A DNA stretch of 44,743 nt, counting the filler, from Jimgerdemannia flammicorona (taxonomy: Eukaryota), in assembly GCA_003990765.1 (NCBI GenBank). It is 2 parts of 2 records of this genome, joined end to end, with 100 filler letters (N's around TTAATTAATTAA, not from the genome) between each part and the next. Parts side by side here need not be neighbours in the genome. Positions count along the whole stretch, not along the records: positions 1 to 22,326 come from RBNJ01001300.1; 1 more part is not named here. One strand, 5' to 3'. The notes beneath the pieces are model-generated. The model had not been told where the DNA came from, did not search any database, and worked only from the letters and a program-made list of their open reading frames with translations. The position numbers and the translations under genes are program-made. Of this stretch, positions 1 to 16,029 are shown piece by piece; the first letter of the stretch is position 1, and the number at the start of each line of letters is the position of its first letter.

Positions 1-24
1 AAAAAAAAAAAAAAAAAAAAAAAA
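1..24 (+). repeat. poly(A) tract, probably the tail of a LINE lying upstream of the window
   Basis: A24 at the window edge, directly abutting the middle of a LINE endonuclease region. Confidence 0.6.
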
Positions 25-1556
25 GTAGAATAGATAGGATAGATAGAGAGAGGGAAATAATAGACAAGAGTAGAGAGATGGAAGATTGAGAGGAGATTGA
101 GAGACTGAGTTCTTTAGTAGATACTGAATGATATAGGTGAGTGGATTATAGAGTCTATACATACTGGGTAGCAGGGCTGGGATCTAGAATTGACTAGATA
201 TTGATAGCTGAGTGCTGGAGTGTAGATATCTGGAGTGAGATAGAGACAGTCTGGTGCCCATAGTCAGACCACTAGGATTTGCTGGACAGAGAGAGGTTTG
301 GAGGTAATAGAGATGGGCCTGAATATTGGTACCTAAATATCTCACTGCTGGAGGATAGCACTCTGTGGGAAGAATGGGTAGTAGATGTTAGCACTAAGAT
401 TGTTAGCTAGAGGATGCAGGGGTTGAAGATTGGAGATCATTGGTAGTAGCCGAAATCTGTTGCTCAATAGTACTGGGGCAAGGCTGGAAGAGTGAAGAGA
501 GTCTAGTAGAGGCAGCATATTAGGTGGGCCTCATAGAGGCTAGAGAAACTACTAAAGAGGTGGGCTGGGGCTTTGGTAGACTATAAGGAAGAGGACTAGA
601 GAACTCAGAGGATTCAGTGGGAGGTAGATGAACTGAAAGAGCTGCTTAGACAAGAGGAGGAAATATAGGTGAAGGAGTTGGTAGCTTGACTAAGATGATA
701 AGATTTGGAGGAGAAGGAGTGGTCTACTAAATTTCTATTGAGGCTGCTATAGGTAAAGAGAATGAGGTAGCAGTGAGAAGGAGTATTGGATGAGATAGGA
801 AATATGGTGACTGAGATGCTGGAGATCTTAGGCCTACTGCAGTCTTACTGAGGGTAACTATAGAGTGAGGAGGAGGGTAGTGAGGATGCTCTTAGTATTG
901 AACAGCAATTGGAGAATTAGTACTCAGATCCAGCCACAGACCTGAGCAACCTTGGAGCCCCAGTATAAGGAAAGGAGGTATGTTAGCTCTTGACAATGAT
1001 GAGTATGGAGACAACTCCTGGAGAGAATAGGTTGTCTTGGGATTTTTGGAAGAAGATGGTTGGAGTTGAGATTGTACTAAAGGAGATAGTACAGATATAT
1101 GATAAAGTCATTAGCTTAGAGACTTAGATTGGGGGACAGTGCTTAGGGCTTATAGCTCTGCTATATAAGAATAAGGAATATAGAGCAGATTGGAAGAACT
1201 GAAGGCTGATCATACTTCTGGATATGGATTGCAAGTTGGTAACAAAGATTTTGGTAGCCAGGCTGTAAGGGGTGGCTTAGTAGATGCTAGGGACTAAGCA
1301 GTGGGGCTTTGTTGGTAGTTATTTGATATGAGATAGAATGGTGTAGATATATGGTATTATTGAGGATACTCATATAGCTGGGGTCAATAGTTAACTAGTT
1401 TTTCTAGATCAAGAGAAAGCATATGACAGGGTTTGGTATATATGGCTGAAAGGGGTATTGAAGTAAATTAGGGTCCTCTCTGGGTTTAGGAGATCATTGA
1501 TTTGTCTGCTGGAGGAGAGTCAGGCAGTTATTATGGTGAATAGATATAGGGGAGAG
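25..1556 (+). mobile_element. LINE-A (L1/Tx1-like), decayed ORF2, left part: end of APE endonuclease to RT N-half
   Basis: Translates with stops to RID, WCP*SDH, WKN*RLIILLDMD and FLDQEKAYDRV. Colinear with the better preserved LINE at 41175-44743. Confidence 0.9.
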
Positions 1557-1958
1557 TGTAACAGTTCTAGTTTCTAAATGAGGAAGTGACTAAGTCTGGT
1601 GATCCGAAGTAACTCGAAGAGATACTAAGGATTCAAGTGTTCTCGAAGGATTTCTGAGAGAAAATATTCTGAGGCTTTATTCATGAGAACAAAGGGGATA
1701 TTTATACAAGATCTGAAAGAAGGATCCAGAAGGATCTGAGAAATCAAAGGAAAATGCCAAGAGGAAAGTTCTCAGCAAAGATGACAAATGATGACAAATA
1801 AAGTTCTATAAGTTTCCAGGATATTCAGTGACTAACTAAATAAGTACTAGTTAATGCTTGATACCAAGAAAGGATTTCTAAGCATTCAGAAAGTACCAGA
1901 AGGTCATAGAATATTAAAGAAAGACAAAGAAAAGGAATAAACTATACCAAATATTACA
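1557..1958 (-). repeat. 3' LTR of element 1
   Basis: tgtaacag...tattaca, direct repeat of 7170-7572. TATAAATA and AATAAA on the minus strand near 1670-1710. Confidence 0.95.
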
Positions 1959-1972
1959 TCTCCTCCTCCTTA
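1959..1972 (-). promoter_or_regulatory. polypurine tract of element 1
   Basis: Minus strand reads taaggaggaggaga immediately before the 3' LTR. Confidence 0.85.
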
Positions 1973-2271
1973 AGAATCAACATCCTCATTGAATTCTCAA
2001 AGTTATATGTACACAATAAACAATAAGACTAAAAGAAACTTCAAATTAAATATACCAACTCATTGGCAAGGATTGGCTGTCCTTGTATAAGGTGAGGGCC
2101 AAAGTATCATCTTGATCAGATGAGAACTGGTTCAAATCTCATTGGTTGCAGGATTTATAGGGTTCTCCTGTATCCCTTAGAGAGCCCCAATGTGTAATGT
2201 GTCTGATCAGCACAGTAGGTCATCTACTATCCAAGGGGAGAACCTCATGGGCAGTCAATGAGTTCCTTTTT

Positions 2272-2425
2272 ACTTGAACTCTTGGATGAGGTCTTGGGAG
2301 TTCTTGAGATTGGTGGCAGGTTCCCAGATAGTGTCATATTCAGAGTAACCCATCCACTTAACTAAGTATTCTGTGTGATGGTATCAGACTCACTTGTCTA
2401 AGATTTTCTCAACTTCATACTTGAT
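2272..2425 (-). pseudogene. chromodomain at the integrase C-terminus, element 1
   Basis: YEVEKILDK...EYLVKWMGYSEYDTIWEPATNLKNSQDLIQEFK. Confidence 0.9.
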
Positions 2426-2704
2426 GTGGTCTTCAACTATAACTGGTGCTAATGGTGTCGGAATTCAGCCAGGATATGGGGGTGACTGGTTCCAGACCTT
2501 GAGTTATAATATATGGAATACTGGATATATACATATGGTTGTTGGCAGGTTGAGGCAGTAAGACCAGGTAGAGACTTGCTCAGTGATCTTGAAAGGTCCA
2601 AGGTATTTGGGCTGGAATTTGGCTGACTGGCAGTTGACTTGAGCTTGAACCTTGATGTTGTCAGCTTTGAGTAGAACCATATCTCCAATGTTGTATATGA
2701 TATC

Positions 2705-3560
2705 TTACCACTTATTATCTGCATACTTAGCTTGATATTGCTGAGCCTTTTGCAGGTTCGTAGTGGCAATCTTGAGAAGGAAATCTATTTTGTTGATAAG
2801 GTTCTGGGCTGTGGGAACTTGAGTGTGACTGGATTGCTGGAATTGGACTAGGCTTGCAGGGGTCTTGGGATTTTGACTGTAAAGTAGCTGAAATGGGAAA
2901 AGACCAGTTGATGATTGGTTGGTATTATTGTAGGTAAACTCGGCATAGGTCAGATAGTAGTCCCAATCATCTTGCTCATAAGACACATAGTTTCTGAGCA
3001 TTTGTTCAAGTATTCTGTTCATTTGCTCAGTCTGTCCATCAGTTTGAGAATGGAAGGCAGTGGACATAGTAATTTGAGTTCCAAGGGTCTTGAAGAGTGC
3101 TTGCCAGAATTGGCTTGTAAACTTGGGGTCACAGTCACTGATGATTACTTGGAGAAGTCCATAATGGTGGAAGACAGTCTTGAAGAAGATTCTTGCAATT
3201 TCTGGGGCAGTGGTATTGGTTGTGGTTGGCTTGGCAATTGTAATCTTGGTGAGATGGTCCACAAATACAACAATAGTATTATAGTCTGTTTTGGTTCATG
3301 GGAGTTGCACAATGAAGTCCATTGTGACTTGTTCGAACTTCTTAGTTGAAATTGACAAGAGTTGTAGAAGACCAGCAGGTGCTTAGTTGCTTGACTTGTT
3401 TCTTTGACAAAGATCACAGCTTTGGACATACTCCTTGATTTCCTTGAGCATGTTTGGCCAGTAGTAGTCTCATTGGATATTCTTAATAGTCTTCTCAGTT
3501 CCAAGGTGGCCAGCTAGTAGGGAGTCATGGTGTTCATGAAGAATCTTGTACCATAGTTCA
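2705..3560 (-). pseudogene. integrase, element 1
   Basis: HHDSLLAGHLG zinc-binding part; IISDCDPKFTSQFW and TAFHSQTDGQTEQMNR catalytic core. Confidence 0.92.
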
Positions 3561-3779
3561 GAGTTGGCAGGAATATACTTTGTCTTGATAGTACATGAGG
3601 TTATCCTTGATGGTGTACTTTTCCTTGAATTCCTTGGTATTCCTTTGTAGAACCGAAGAGTCTTGTTCATATGCCTTTTTGATCTGGTTGAGGAATTCAG
3701 GTGCCATGGTAACTTGTAAAATTGTGGCAAGATCAGGTCTCCTTGAAAGTATATCTGGTACAACTAGAGTTTTGCCAGG

Positions 3780-4980
3780 CTTGTAGATGATGTTTGGGAT
3801 AAAGGTCTGAAGTAGTTGACTCTACTTGGCTTGTTGGCAAGAAAGGGTTGGTTGAGTGTTGATATACTGAAGGGATCTGTGATCAGTGATCATGTCAAAC
3901 TCAACTCTTTCTAGATAGTGTCACCAGGTCTTGAGGGCATGCATGATTGCCAGGAGTTCCTTTTCATGAGTAGCTAGCTTTTGTTTTACTGGAGACAATT
4001 TTCTTGACTCAAAGGCAATAGGTCAGTGTCCTTGACCATCATCTTGAGAAATGACTGCACTAATGGTAAAGTTAGATACATCTATAGTGACCGTGAACTT
4101 CAAGTTTGGGTCTATGTTTCTAAGGACAGGTGCATGGGTCAGGCAGTTCTTAAGTTCTTGAAAAGCTTGTTGACAGAAAGTATCCCAGATGTAGGGGACA
4201 TAGAGGTCAGAGTTGGGTTCCTTTCACAGGAGATTTGTTAAAGATTCTGTGATACCAGAGAAGTTCTTAATAAATTGGCAGTAGTATTCAGCCAGACCAA
4301 GGAAGGACCTGAGTTCAGTGAGGTTTGCTGGTACAGGCCACTGTTCAATCTTGTATTTTCCTTGGGTCTACTTGAATTCCTTTGGCTGATACAATATGTC
4401 TAAGATATTCGACTTGATTCTTGAAAAATTCACATTTCTTGAGCTTTGCATAGAGCTTGTTCTTGCAGAGGATCTTGAGGACTTGTTCAATGTGCTTGAG
4501 ATGTTCTTCTTCAGTGCTGCTGAAGATCAGAATATCATCAATGTACACAAGTATAAAAATATAGAGCTGATTCTTGAAGACAGTTTGCATGAGATCTTGA
4601 AAGGTTGCTGGTGCATTAGTGAGACCAAAGGCCATGACTAGAAACTTGTAGAGTCCAAAGGGTATCATGAAGGCAGTCTTGGGTATGTCTTCTGGCTTGA
4701 TTCGAATTTGGTGATACCCAGAGGTGAGATCAATCTTGGTGAAGTACTTTACATTCTTGAGAGTATCAAAGATTTGATCTATGAGCAGTAGCAGATAGTG
4801 GTTCTTGATTGTAATCTTGTTGAGTGCTCAGTAGTCTATGCATATTCGCAGAGTATCATCCTTTTTCTTAACAAATAGGACTGGGGAGCCAAAGGGTGAC
4901 TTGCTTGGCTGAATGGCTCCTCACTCGATGAGTTCATTGAGTTCCTTCTTAACTGCTTCAATTTTGAGTGGAGACATATG
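3780..4980 (-). pseudogene. reverse transcriptase and RNase H, element 1
   Basis: [51 protein letters not shown]. Confidence 0.92.
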
Positions 4981-5249
4981 GTACATTTTCTTCTTAGGTA
5001 TAGCTACATCAGGTACCAACTTGATCTCATGGTTATGGTCTCTTGAAGGTGGTAGACCTGGTAGTTTGTCCAGGAAAACATCCTTGTACTTGTTTAGCAG
5101 TAACTTGACACTTTCACTAATTGATAGCTTCTTGTCTTCTTTCTTTGGTCAGATCAGTGCCACAAAGGCACAGATAGCTTTCTTGAGAGCCTTCTTGAAC
5201 TGAATTGCTGAGAGAGTAGCAATTGGGGTTCTCATCTGAGTCTTATCTG

Positions 5250-5610
5250 GCTTGATGGTAATGTTGGCTCCATCCTGGATTAAGGTGACTTCATTCTTGG
5301 TCCAATCAATCTGAGGGTTGTGTCGTATAAGCCAGGGTTTGTCTAGGATCAGGTCATGGTCTCCTAGTGGTGCTACCTTGAAATCTAAATGTTCCCAGTA
5401 CTTCTGGATCTTGAGGAGAAGTTTAGCAGCAATTGAGTCAATTGGTAAGGTGGTGTCATCTGCAGTGACAACTCCACCATTCTTGCCAGCTAGTTTGGTG
5501 AGAATCTTGAGCTTATCGATGAGGTTCTTGTTGATGAAGTTCCCAACAGCTCCACTGTCTATGAGAACATCTAGCTCTTGTCCCTTGACTAGACCTTTGA
5601 AGATGAGCAT
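5250..5610 (-). pseudogene. aspartic protease, element 1
   Basis: LIDSGAVGNFI and DLILDKPWL. Confidence 0.92.
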
Positions 5611-5646
5611 TGAATTGGCTCAGTTCTTGGCTATGCTTGCAACTTT

Positions 5647-6060
5647 GTCAGTACTGCCAAAGCCTTTCTGATCTCGCTTAGTTGAAGACAGCTTGATGAC
5701 TTCTTTGATGACTGGTAGGGTAGCTCACTCCAGAATGAGCTGTGAAATTCTGTCTCCTTCATTGACAGTATATGGTTGATTCTTGTGATTGACTAGCAGG
5801 ACTTGCATTTCACCCCAGAAGTCAGGGTCAATGACTCCAGCACCAACATCTAATGAGTGCTTGAAACTAAGGCCAGATCTTGGTGCAATTCCTGCATAAT
5901 GTTCCTCGGGGATTTCAACTGAAAGGCCAGTTGGAATGAGCCTTCTTTCATGTGCTGGAATAGTGACTTGTTGTACTGCTTGAAGGTCCAAACCAATGGC
6001 TCCTTCTGACTGTGCTTGAGAGATCTGGGCCTTGGGATTGACTCACATGAAATTGAGTAC
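5647..6060 (-). pseudogene. dut: trimeric-family dUTPase, in frame between the Gag zinc knuckle and protease, element 1
   Basis: All five motifs: AIGLDL, PRSG, GVIDPDFWG, GDRISQL, RDQKGFGST. The gag, dUTPase, PR and RT ORFs share one reading frame (start offsets are multiples of 3). Confidence 0.95.
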
Positions 6061-6099
6061 AACTTCTTGTTCAACTGGTTGACCTTGGGTGTCTTTGGA

Positions 6100-7000
6100 C
6101 AGAACCAGGATCCTCTTTGGTTCAGCAGTTTTCTTGGGACATTTGGTTGCAATGTGACCAGACTGATAGCAAAAGAAGCAGGCTCCAGCCTTCTTGAGGC
6201 ACTCCTTTTCCTCAGGTGTAAGCTTGCCTTTCTTGCTCTTATCAATAGTGTCTAGGTCTATGGGGGCAGGTCCAACAGTTCTGACTTTGGGTTCCTCCCT
6301 TCTGTGGTTATTGTTGTTGTTGAAAGGCAGTCTCTTCTGTTCAAAGTAGTGACCATAGGTGATGACATCAAACCTATCAGCAATTTTCATTACCATATCT
6401 AGGTCCTTGGGTTCTTCTAGTTCAACACGAACTCAGGTTTGACCTTTCAGACCTTGGATGTACTTGTTGACCTTCTTGTCTTCAGTGACATATAGTAATT
6501 CTAACAGGATTAACAGTAATTGTATATTGTATGCTTGCATAGACTTAAGTTGTTTGACATTTACTAGACAGTCTTGTGCAGTCTTGATGCTGTTGACTGG
6601 TTTGAATTGGCCTTGAATAGCATCAGAGAATTCGCCCCAGGTCTTGATTTGGCCAGAGAATCTGGTATTCTGGACATGATTTCACCACCAGATTGCAGCA
6701 TTCTCTTGGAGGAGTGTGGTGGCAAATTGGACTAGTGTTGTTTCTTCCAAATTGGTCAGTTCTCCATATTGCTCCAATTGGAAAAGCCAGGCATCGGTAG
6801 ACAGTTCTCCTCTTTGACCATCAAAGGTGTCAGACTTCTGAGACTTGATAGTAACTGCTATCAGATGTATTGATATCAGTGGAGGTGTGGAGGTATGAGT
6901 GGAGGCCTTGTTTTCCTTTCTTTCTATACATTCTTGAAGTTGAGCAATCTGAGCTAGTACAGTCTGCAAAAGACTCTCAATGGCCCCATTCAACTGAGTA
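6100..7000 (-). pseudogene. Gag with CCHC knuckle, element 1
   Basis: DTFDG...AWLFQLEQY...LLQENAAIWW capsid-like region; CFFCYQSGHIATKC at 6139-6180. Confidence 0.9.
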
Positions 7001-7152
7001 GGGTTTTTCTGTTCCTCTTCTTCTTGCTGATTGTACTGATTGTATGAGGCATTGCCTGGACTGTAGGTACTATATGAAGGGTTCCACCCATTGTCCTCTA
7101 TAGTGTTGTAACTGATATCTTGAGAGGTGTCTTGATAAGGCTAGGTGTAACT

Positions 7153-7167
7153 TCACTACTACTACCA
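7153..7167 (-). promoter_or_regulatory. primer-binding site of element 1, probably decayed initiator-Met type
   Basis: Minus strand tggtagtagtagtga, 2 nt after the 5' LTR. Element 4 has tagtagcagcagt, giving a joint consensus TGGTAGCAGC. The tRNA identity is inferred. Confidence 0.65.
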
Positions 7168-7169
7168 AG

Positions 7170-7572
7170 TGTAACAGTTCTAGTTTCTAAATAAGGAAGC
7201 AACTAAGTCTGGTGGTCCAAAGTAGCTCGAAGAGATACTAAGAATTCAAGTATTCTCAAAGGATTTCTGAGAGAAAATATTCTGAGACTTTATTCATAAG
7301 AACAAAGGGGATATTTATACAAGATCTGAAAGAAGAATCCAGAAGGATCTGAGAAATCAAAGGAAAATGCCAAGAGGAAAGTTCTCAGTAAAGATGATAA
7401 ATGATGACAAATAAAGTTCTACAAGTTTCCAGAACATTCAGTGACTAACTAAATAAGTACTAGTTAATGCTCAGTGCCAAGAAAGGATTTCTAAGCATTC
7501 AGAAAGTACCAGAAGGTCATAGAATATTGAAGAAAGACAAAGAAAAGGAATAAACTATGCTAAAATATTACA
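7170..7572 (-). repeat. 5' LTR of element 1
   Basis: Direct repeat of 1557-1958; about 24 substitutions and one 1-nt indel by eye. Confidence 0.95.
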
Positions 7573-7577
7573 TAGAG

Positions 7578-9378
7578 TCCTTCTCTCTAGGCAGAGGAGT
7601 GCTGTAAGGAGATCCATTGTCACCAATTCTCTATGCCCTCTTATTGGAGCTCTTGTTGGATAAAATATAGTATAGAGTTGGGGGTTTGGATATTTTAGGA
7701 GTGAACTAGAAGGTTGGGACCTTTACTGATGATATGGTGATCAGGCTGAGCTCTATAGAGGATGTGGTAGTACTGAAGAGTATAGTAGAATAGTATGAGA
7801 GGTGTTTGGGTACTAGGCTTAATTGGTATAAGTGCAAGACTCTGGCCCTAAGTGGAGAAATAGTTGGCAGTGATGTGATCAGAATGGTGGTTCCAGCTAG
7901 TGAAGCAGTTCACTACTTAGAGATTTATTTTTCAGTATATAGTTCTCTACTGTCTTATAGCTGGTGAAAGCAGCAGCTACTAGTATGGGAGGATGTTCTC
8001 TTAGAGTAGAGAGACTATTATATCTCTCTAGTAGAGAGAGTGATAGTACTGAATGTATACTGGTTACCAAAGCTATAATATATAGGATATTTAGACTTTC
8101 TAACATGAGTGGTCAAGAGACTATTAAAGATAGCAGATTATAGATCTGAGTAGGGTGGTAGAGCCAGATAAGCTGGGAGATATTAACATTGCCAGTTAAC
8201 AGAGATGGGCTGGACCTGGTGGACTTCACCAAGTATCTATACTATATGAAAGTATGGTGGCTGAAGTGAGTAAGCAAATTATAGAGTTAAGAGTGGGTGT
8301 CTCTTATGTAGAGGATATGGGAAGCTCAGTGCTCTCTCTGAGATATAACTGGTGATCTACTCTCTCTGGTGGCTCTCAAAGGGAGTAGAAAGATGCACTA
8401 TAGAGGATTCTGGTAGAGAGTAGTAGATAGTGCCCACAATATTAGTCTCTGGTGGAGAGGTGATAAGGGGGAGAAGGAATGGAGACTACAGATATAGAGA
8501 TAGAACTGTCTACTGTTAGGAGGTATACTGGTAGAAGATTTTCAGCTTGAAGATGATATAGAATATCTATGGAAGATGGGAGGGATTTGTGACTGGAAGT
8601 ATGGCAGGGGGTTGGGATTAGTGAAAAGTAGGACTGGAATAGTATCTGGTCTTAGTATAAGCAGGTGGCTAGATGGCTCCCTCTTCAGATTCTGGGTGAT
8701 ATGGTGGTAGATTCTGAGGTGTAATATAATACTGAACTACCAGTTGGGACACTTGGTAGAAGGGGATGCTTTGGAGTGTGAGGAGTATCTGGATATTGAG
8801 CAGATGGGGGGCATAGTGCAGACCCCTAAACATTGGCTTAGAGAGTGTGAGGTTCTGGGTAATTTCTGGTAAGTCATCAAGAACCAGCTGGAGTTACAAC
8901 CTGTGGAGGAAGAGGAGGGTGGGAGGTGGAGTGATCTCTAGTATAGATTGGTGGGAGGAGTTGGAGATGAGTGGTCGACTTTGGGGTAGGCTCTAGCTAT
9001 TTGGGTTGGGCTTGCTAGATATTGGCTCTATATATTTGAGGATGGTCAATAATTAGTAGTTGGAGTAAGAGTTGTACAATGAGAGTGATTATTGCTAGAC
9101 ATTCTGAATGGATGATGGTAGGAGTAGAGACCTAGAGGGAGAATCTATAGAAGACTTGTGGAATATATTTGTAAGAAGAGTAGGGGGAAGGTTGGGGTCA
9201 CTGTGGAGTTGGTAACTCTCTAGAGAGGTGGGGAGAGAGAGAGAGAGAGAGGTCTATGTGAAATTGGATAAAGGGTATATTGATACTTTTATATTAATAT
9301 AACATAAATTGGATAGTAATTAGTAATAAAAGTAAAAGTCCAAGTAGTTATAAAAAAAAAAAAAAAAAAAAAAAAATC

Positions 9379-9414
<36 letters not shown>
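7578..9414 (+). mobile_element. LINE-A right part: RT C-half, C-terminal Cys/His motif, 3' UTR, poly(A)
   Basis: GDPLSPILY, GTFTDD (decayed FADD), CEE(Y)...HWLREC, (GA)9 at 9233-9250, AATAAA, interrupted poly(A) 9352-9414. Confidence 0.9.
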
Positions 9415-9416
<2 letters not shown>

Positions 9417-10311
9417 AACAAAGTACTACTACAGTTATCAATATCACCAGTACTATACAATAAGTTATAGGAAGACAATAGTGTACTACTAAACTGCCAA
9501 TCATAGAAGAATTCTTTAATAGCATCCAGAGTATAGTCCAGATACACTTATTATGAATCTCACATTTCAAGATCTACTAAAATCAGACTAAGTTTCAAAA
9601 ATACTTCAAGTTAGAATAACTACTAAACTCACAACCAGAGATAGAAAAAGAAGACTAGATCAGAGAGTACTAGCTCTCTCATACTCAGATCACAATTGTC
9701 AAACAAGTTAATAAGTTATTCAAAGATAATGAGCCAGCCCTAGCCTATCTCTAAGAAGTAGTCTTAGGAGACTTTGGATATATCAAGAGATACTATTAGA
9801 AGAATATAATGATGCAGATTGTATAGTATAAAGAGATACAAATTATGGAAGCTTGGGAGTTTGAGTGAATAGGATATTTCAGAGATGAATCACCTATTCA
9901 GAAAGAAGTTGTAATGGTTGATCTGAATTAGTAATATAAATTAAAGAAATAGATATTTGATTATAGTATCTAAATCTAATTCCCAAATATAGTATAGTCT
10001 TACAAATAGCAGTCATATTTAACAAATGTGGAAACATTAACAAATGTTAAAGTATTTGTAGATATTAAAGTATTTAACAGATATTAAAGATTAATACTTA
10101 TAAAAAATGACTTATAGAAAATATAATTATAACTTAACTACTTTATAGCTAGTAAACTTATATAAATATCTCCAGTATCTAGAGTGAATAAACCTCAGAT
10201 CAAAATAGTTCAAAGTAAAGAGAAAGCAAGAGAACTCTGTAAAGTCAAAGAAGATTAAGTAAGATACAGAAATCTGATATACTTACACAGTTATACACCC
10301 ACTACATTACA
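9413..10311 (+). mobile_element. 3' end of an element-2-related Ty3/gypsy: extra ORF relic, PPT and LTR (9910-10311)
   Basis: Codon-colinear with ORF 15631-16023. The LTR shares gtgaataaacctcagatc, aagatacagaaatctgat and the ctacattaca end with the element 2 LTR. Confidence 0.85.
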
Positions 10312-15046
<4,735 letters not shown>

Positions 15047-15524
15047 TGTAATGTAGCAGATACTTACTCTTGAAAGTACATCAGATTTCTGTATCTTGAA
15101 AACTTGACTGTTCTGACTCTCGCAGAGTCCTCTTGAAGTTGCAGGGGAGGGTGGGTGAGTTTGAAGTGTATCTGCCTGCAGGCTTACTAGTTTCTTTGCC
15201 ATCTCTTTGCTTTTGAACTATTTCGATCTGAGGTTTATTCACTCGAAGATACTGGGTTATTTATATAAGTTTGCTAGCTATGAGAGGGTGGCTAAGTAAT
15301 AAATGAGTCATTTGGACTTTGTCGAAACATTTGGACAATGTCTAAATGCTATACTAAATCAAGGTATCTGATTTGGATAATGTCTAAAATTTAGACAATG
15401 TCTAAGGATTTAGACAATGTCGAAATCGAGGACTGCTAACTATAATGCTATACTACTTTGGGAATGGGTGCGATCAAGTGTCTATTCCCTATTTCCTTCT
15501 TCCAAATTTGGCTGTACTATCACA
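15047..15524 (-). repeat. 3' LTR of element 2 (478 bp)
   Basis: tgtaatg...atcaca, repeat of 21291-21726 with about 42 extra bp in the tandem array. Confidence 0.93.
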
Positions 15525-15526
15525 AC

Positions 15527-16023
15527 TTCCTCCTGAATGGATGGTCTCATCTCTGAGGCATCTATTCAAACTCCCAGGCTTCAATGGTCTATATGGTCTT
15601 GTACTGTGCAATTTGCTGCATGACTGTTTCCTAATGATGTCTTCTTACTTTCTCGAAGTCAGTAGGGGTTACTCCTCTCAGGTAGTCTATCGCTGCTTCA
15701 TCTTCTTGGAATAACTTGTGGATCCTTTTGGCAATAGTGATCTGTGAGTGGGAGAGTTGACACTCAGCAATCCAGTCCTCCTTGGTCTTTGCTGGATCCT
15801 GATTGAGCACCTGTCCAAGCTTGAAGTACTCTTGGAATTCTGCATGATACTGATAGGCTCTAAAGTGCGAGATCTGAGAGAGATGAGTCTGCATAATACT
15901 CTGAATATCCTCATAGTATAGCTCTATGGTCAGAGGCTCGGTGGTGTGCCATTGTCTTTCGATGGCTCTTTGGGCAGCACTAGTGATCTTGAGTGCCATC
16001 GTGGTACTTTTGTTACTGGCCAT
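15527..16023 (-). pseudogene. extra ORF of unknown function between integrase and PPT (~165 codons, few in-frame stops)
   Basis: Own ATG, 130 open codons, and a homologous copy at 9413-9900. Confidence 0.8.
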
Positions 16024-16029
16024 GATATT

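Larger units (their letters stand above)
1557..7572 (-). mobile_element. Element 1: full-length Ty3/gypsy chromovirus, gag-dUTPase-PR-RT-RH-IN-chromodomain, inserted in LINE-A
   Basis: Paired ~402-bp TG...CA LTRs, PPT and PBS. 5-bp TSD with one mismatch (gagag 1552-1556 / tagag 7573-7577); removing the insert restores the LINE frame NRYRGE|SFSLGRGV. Domain motifs visible. Confidence 0.95.

Noticed and set aside
5647..6180. endogenous betaretrovirus
   Set aside because: RT, integrase and chromodomain are Ty3/gypsy type, TSD is 5 bp, and there is no env.
15312..15430. CRISPR-like array
   Set aside because: Units are contiguous without regular unique spacers, lie inside an LTR, and there are no cas genes.
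15631..16023. env gene
   Set aside because: Short, with no signal peptide, transmembrane segment or fusion-peptide features.
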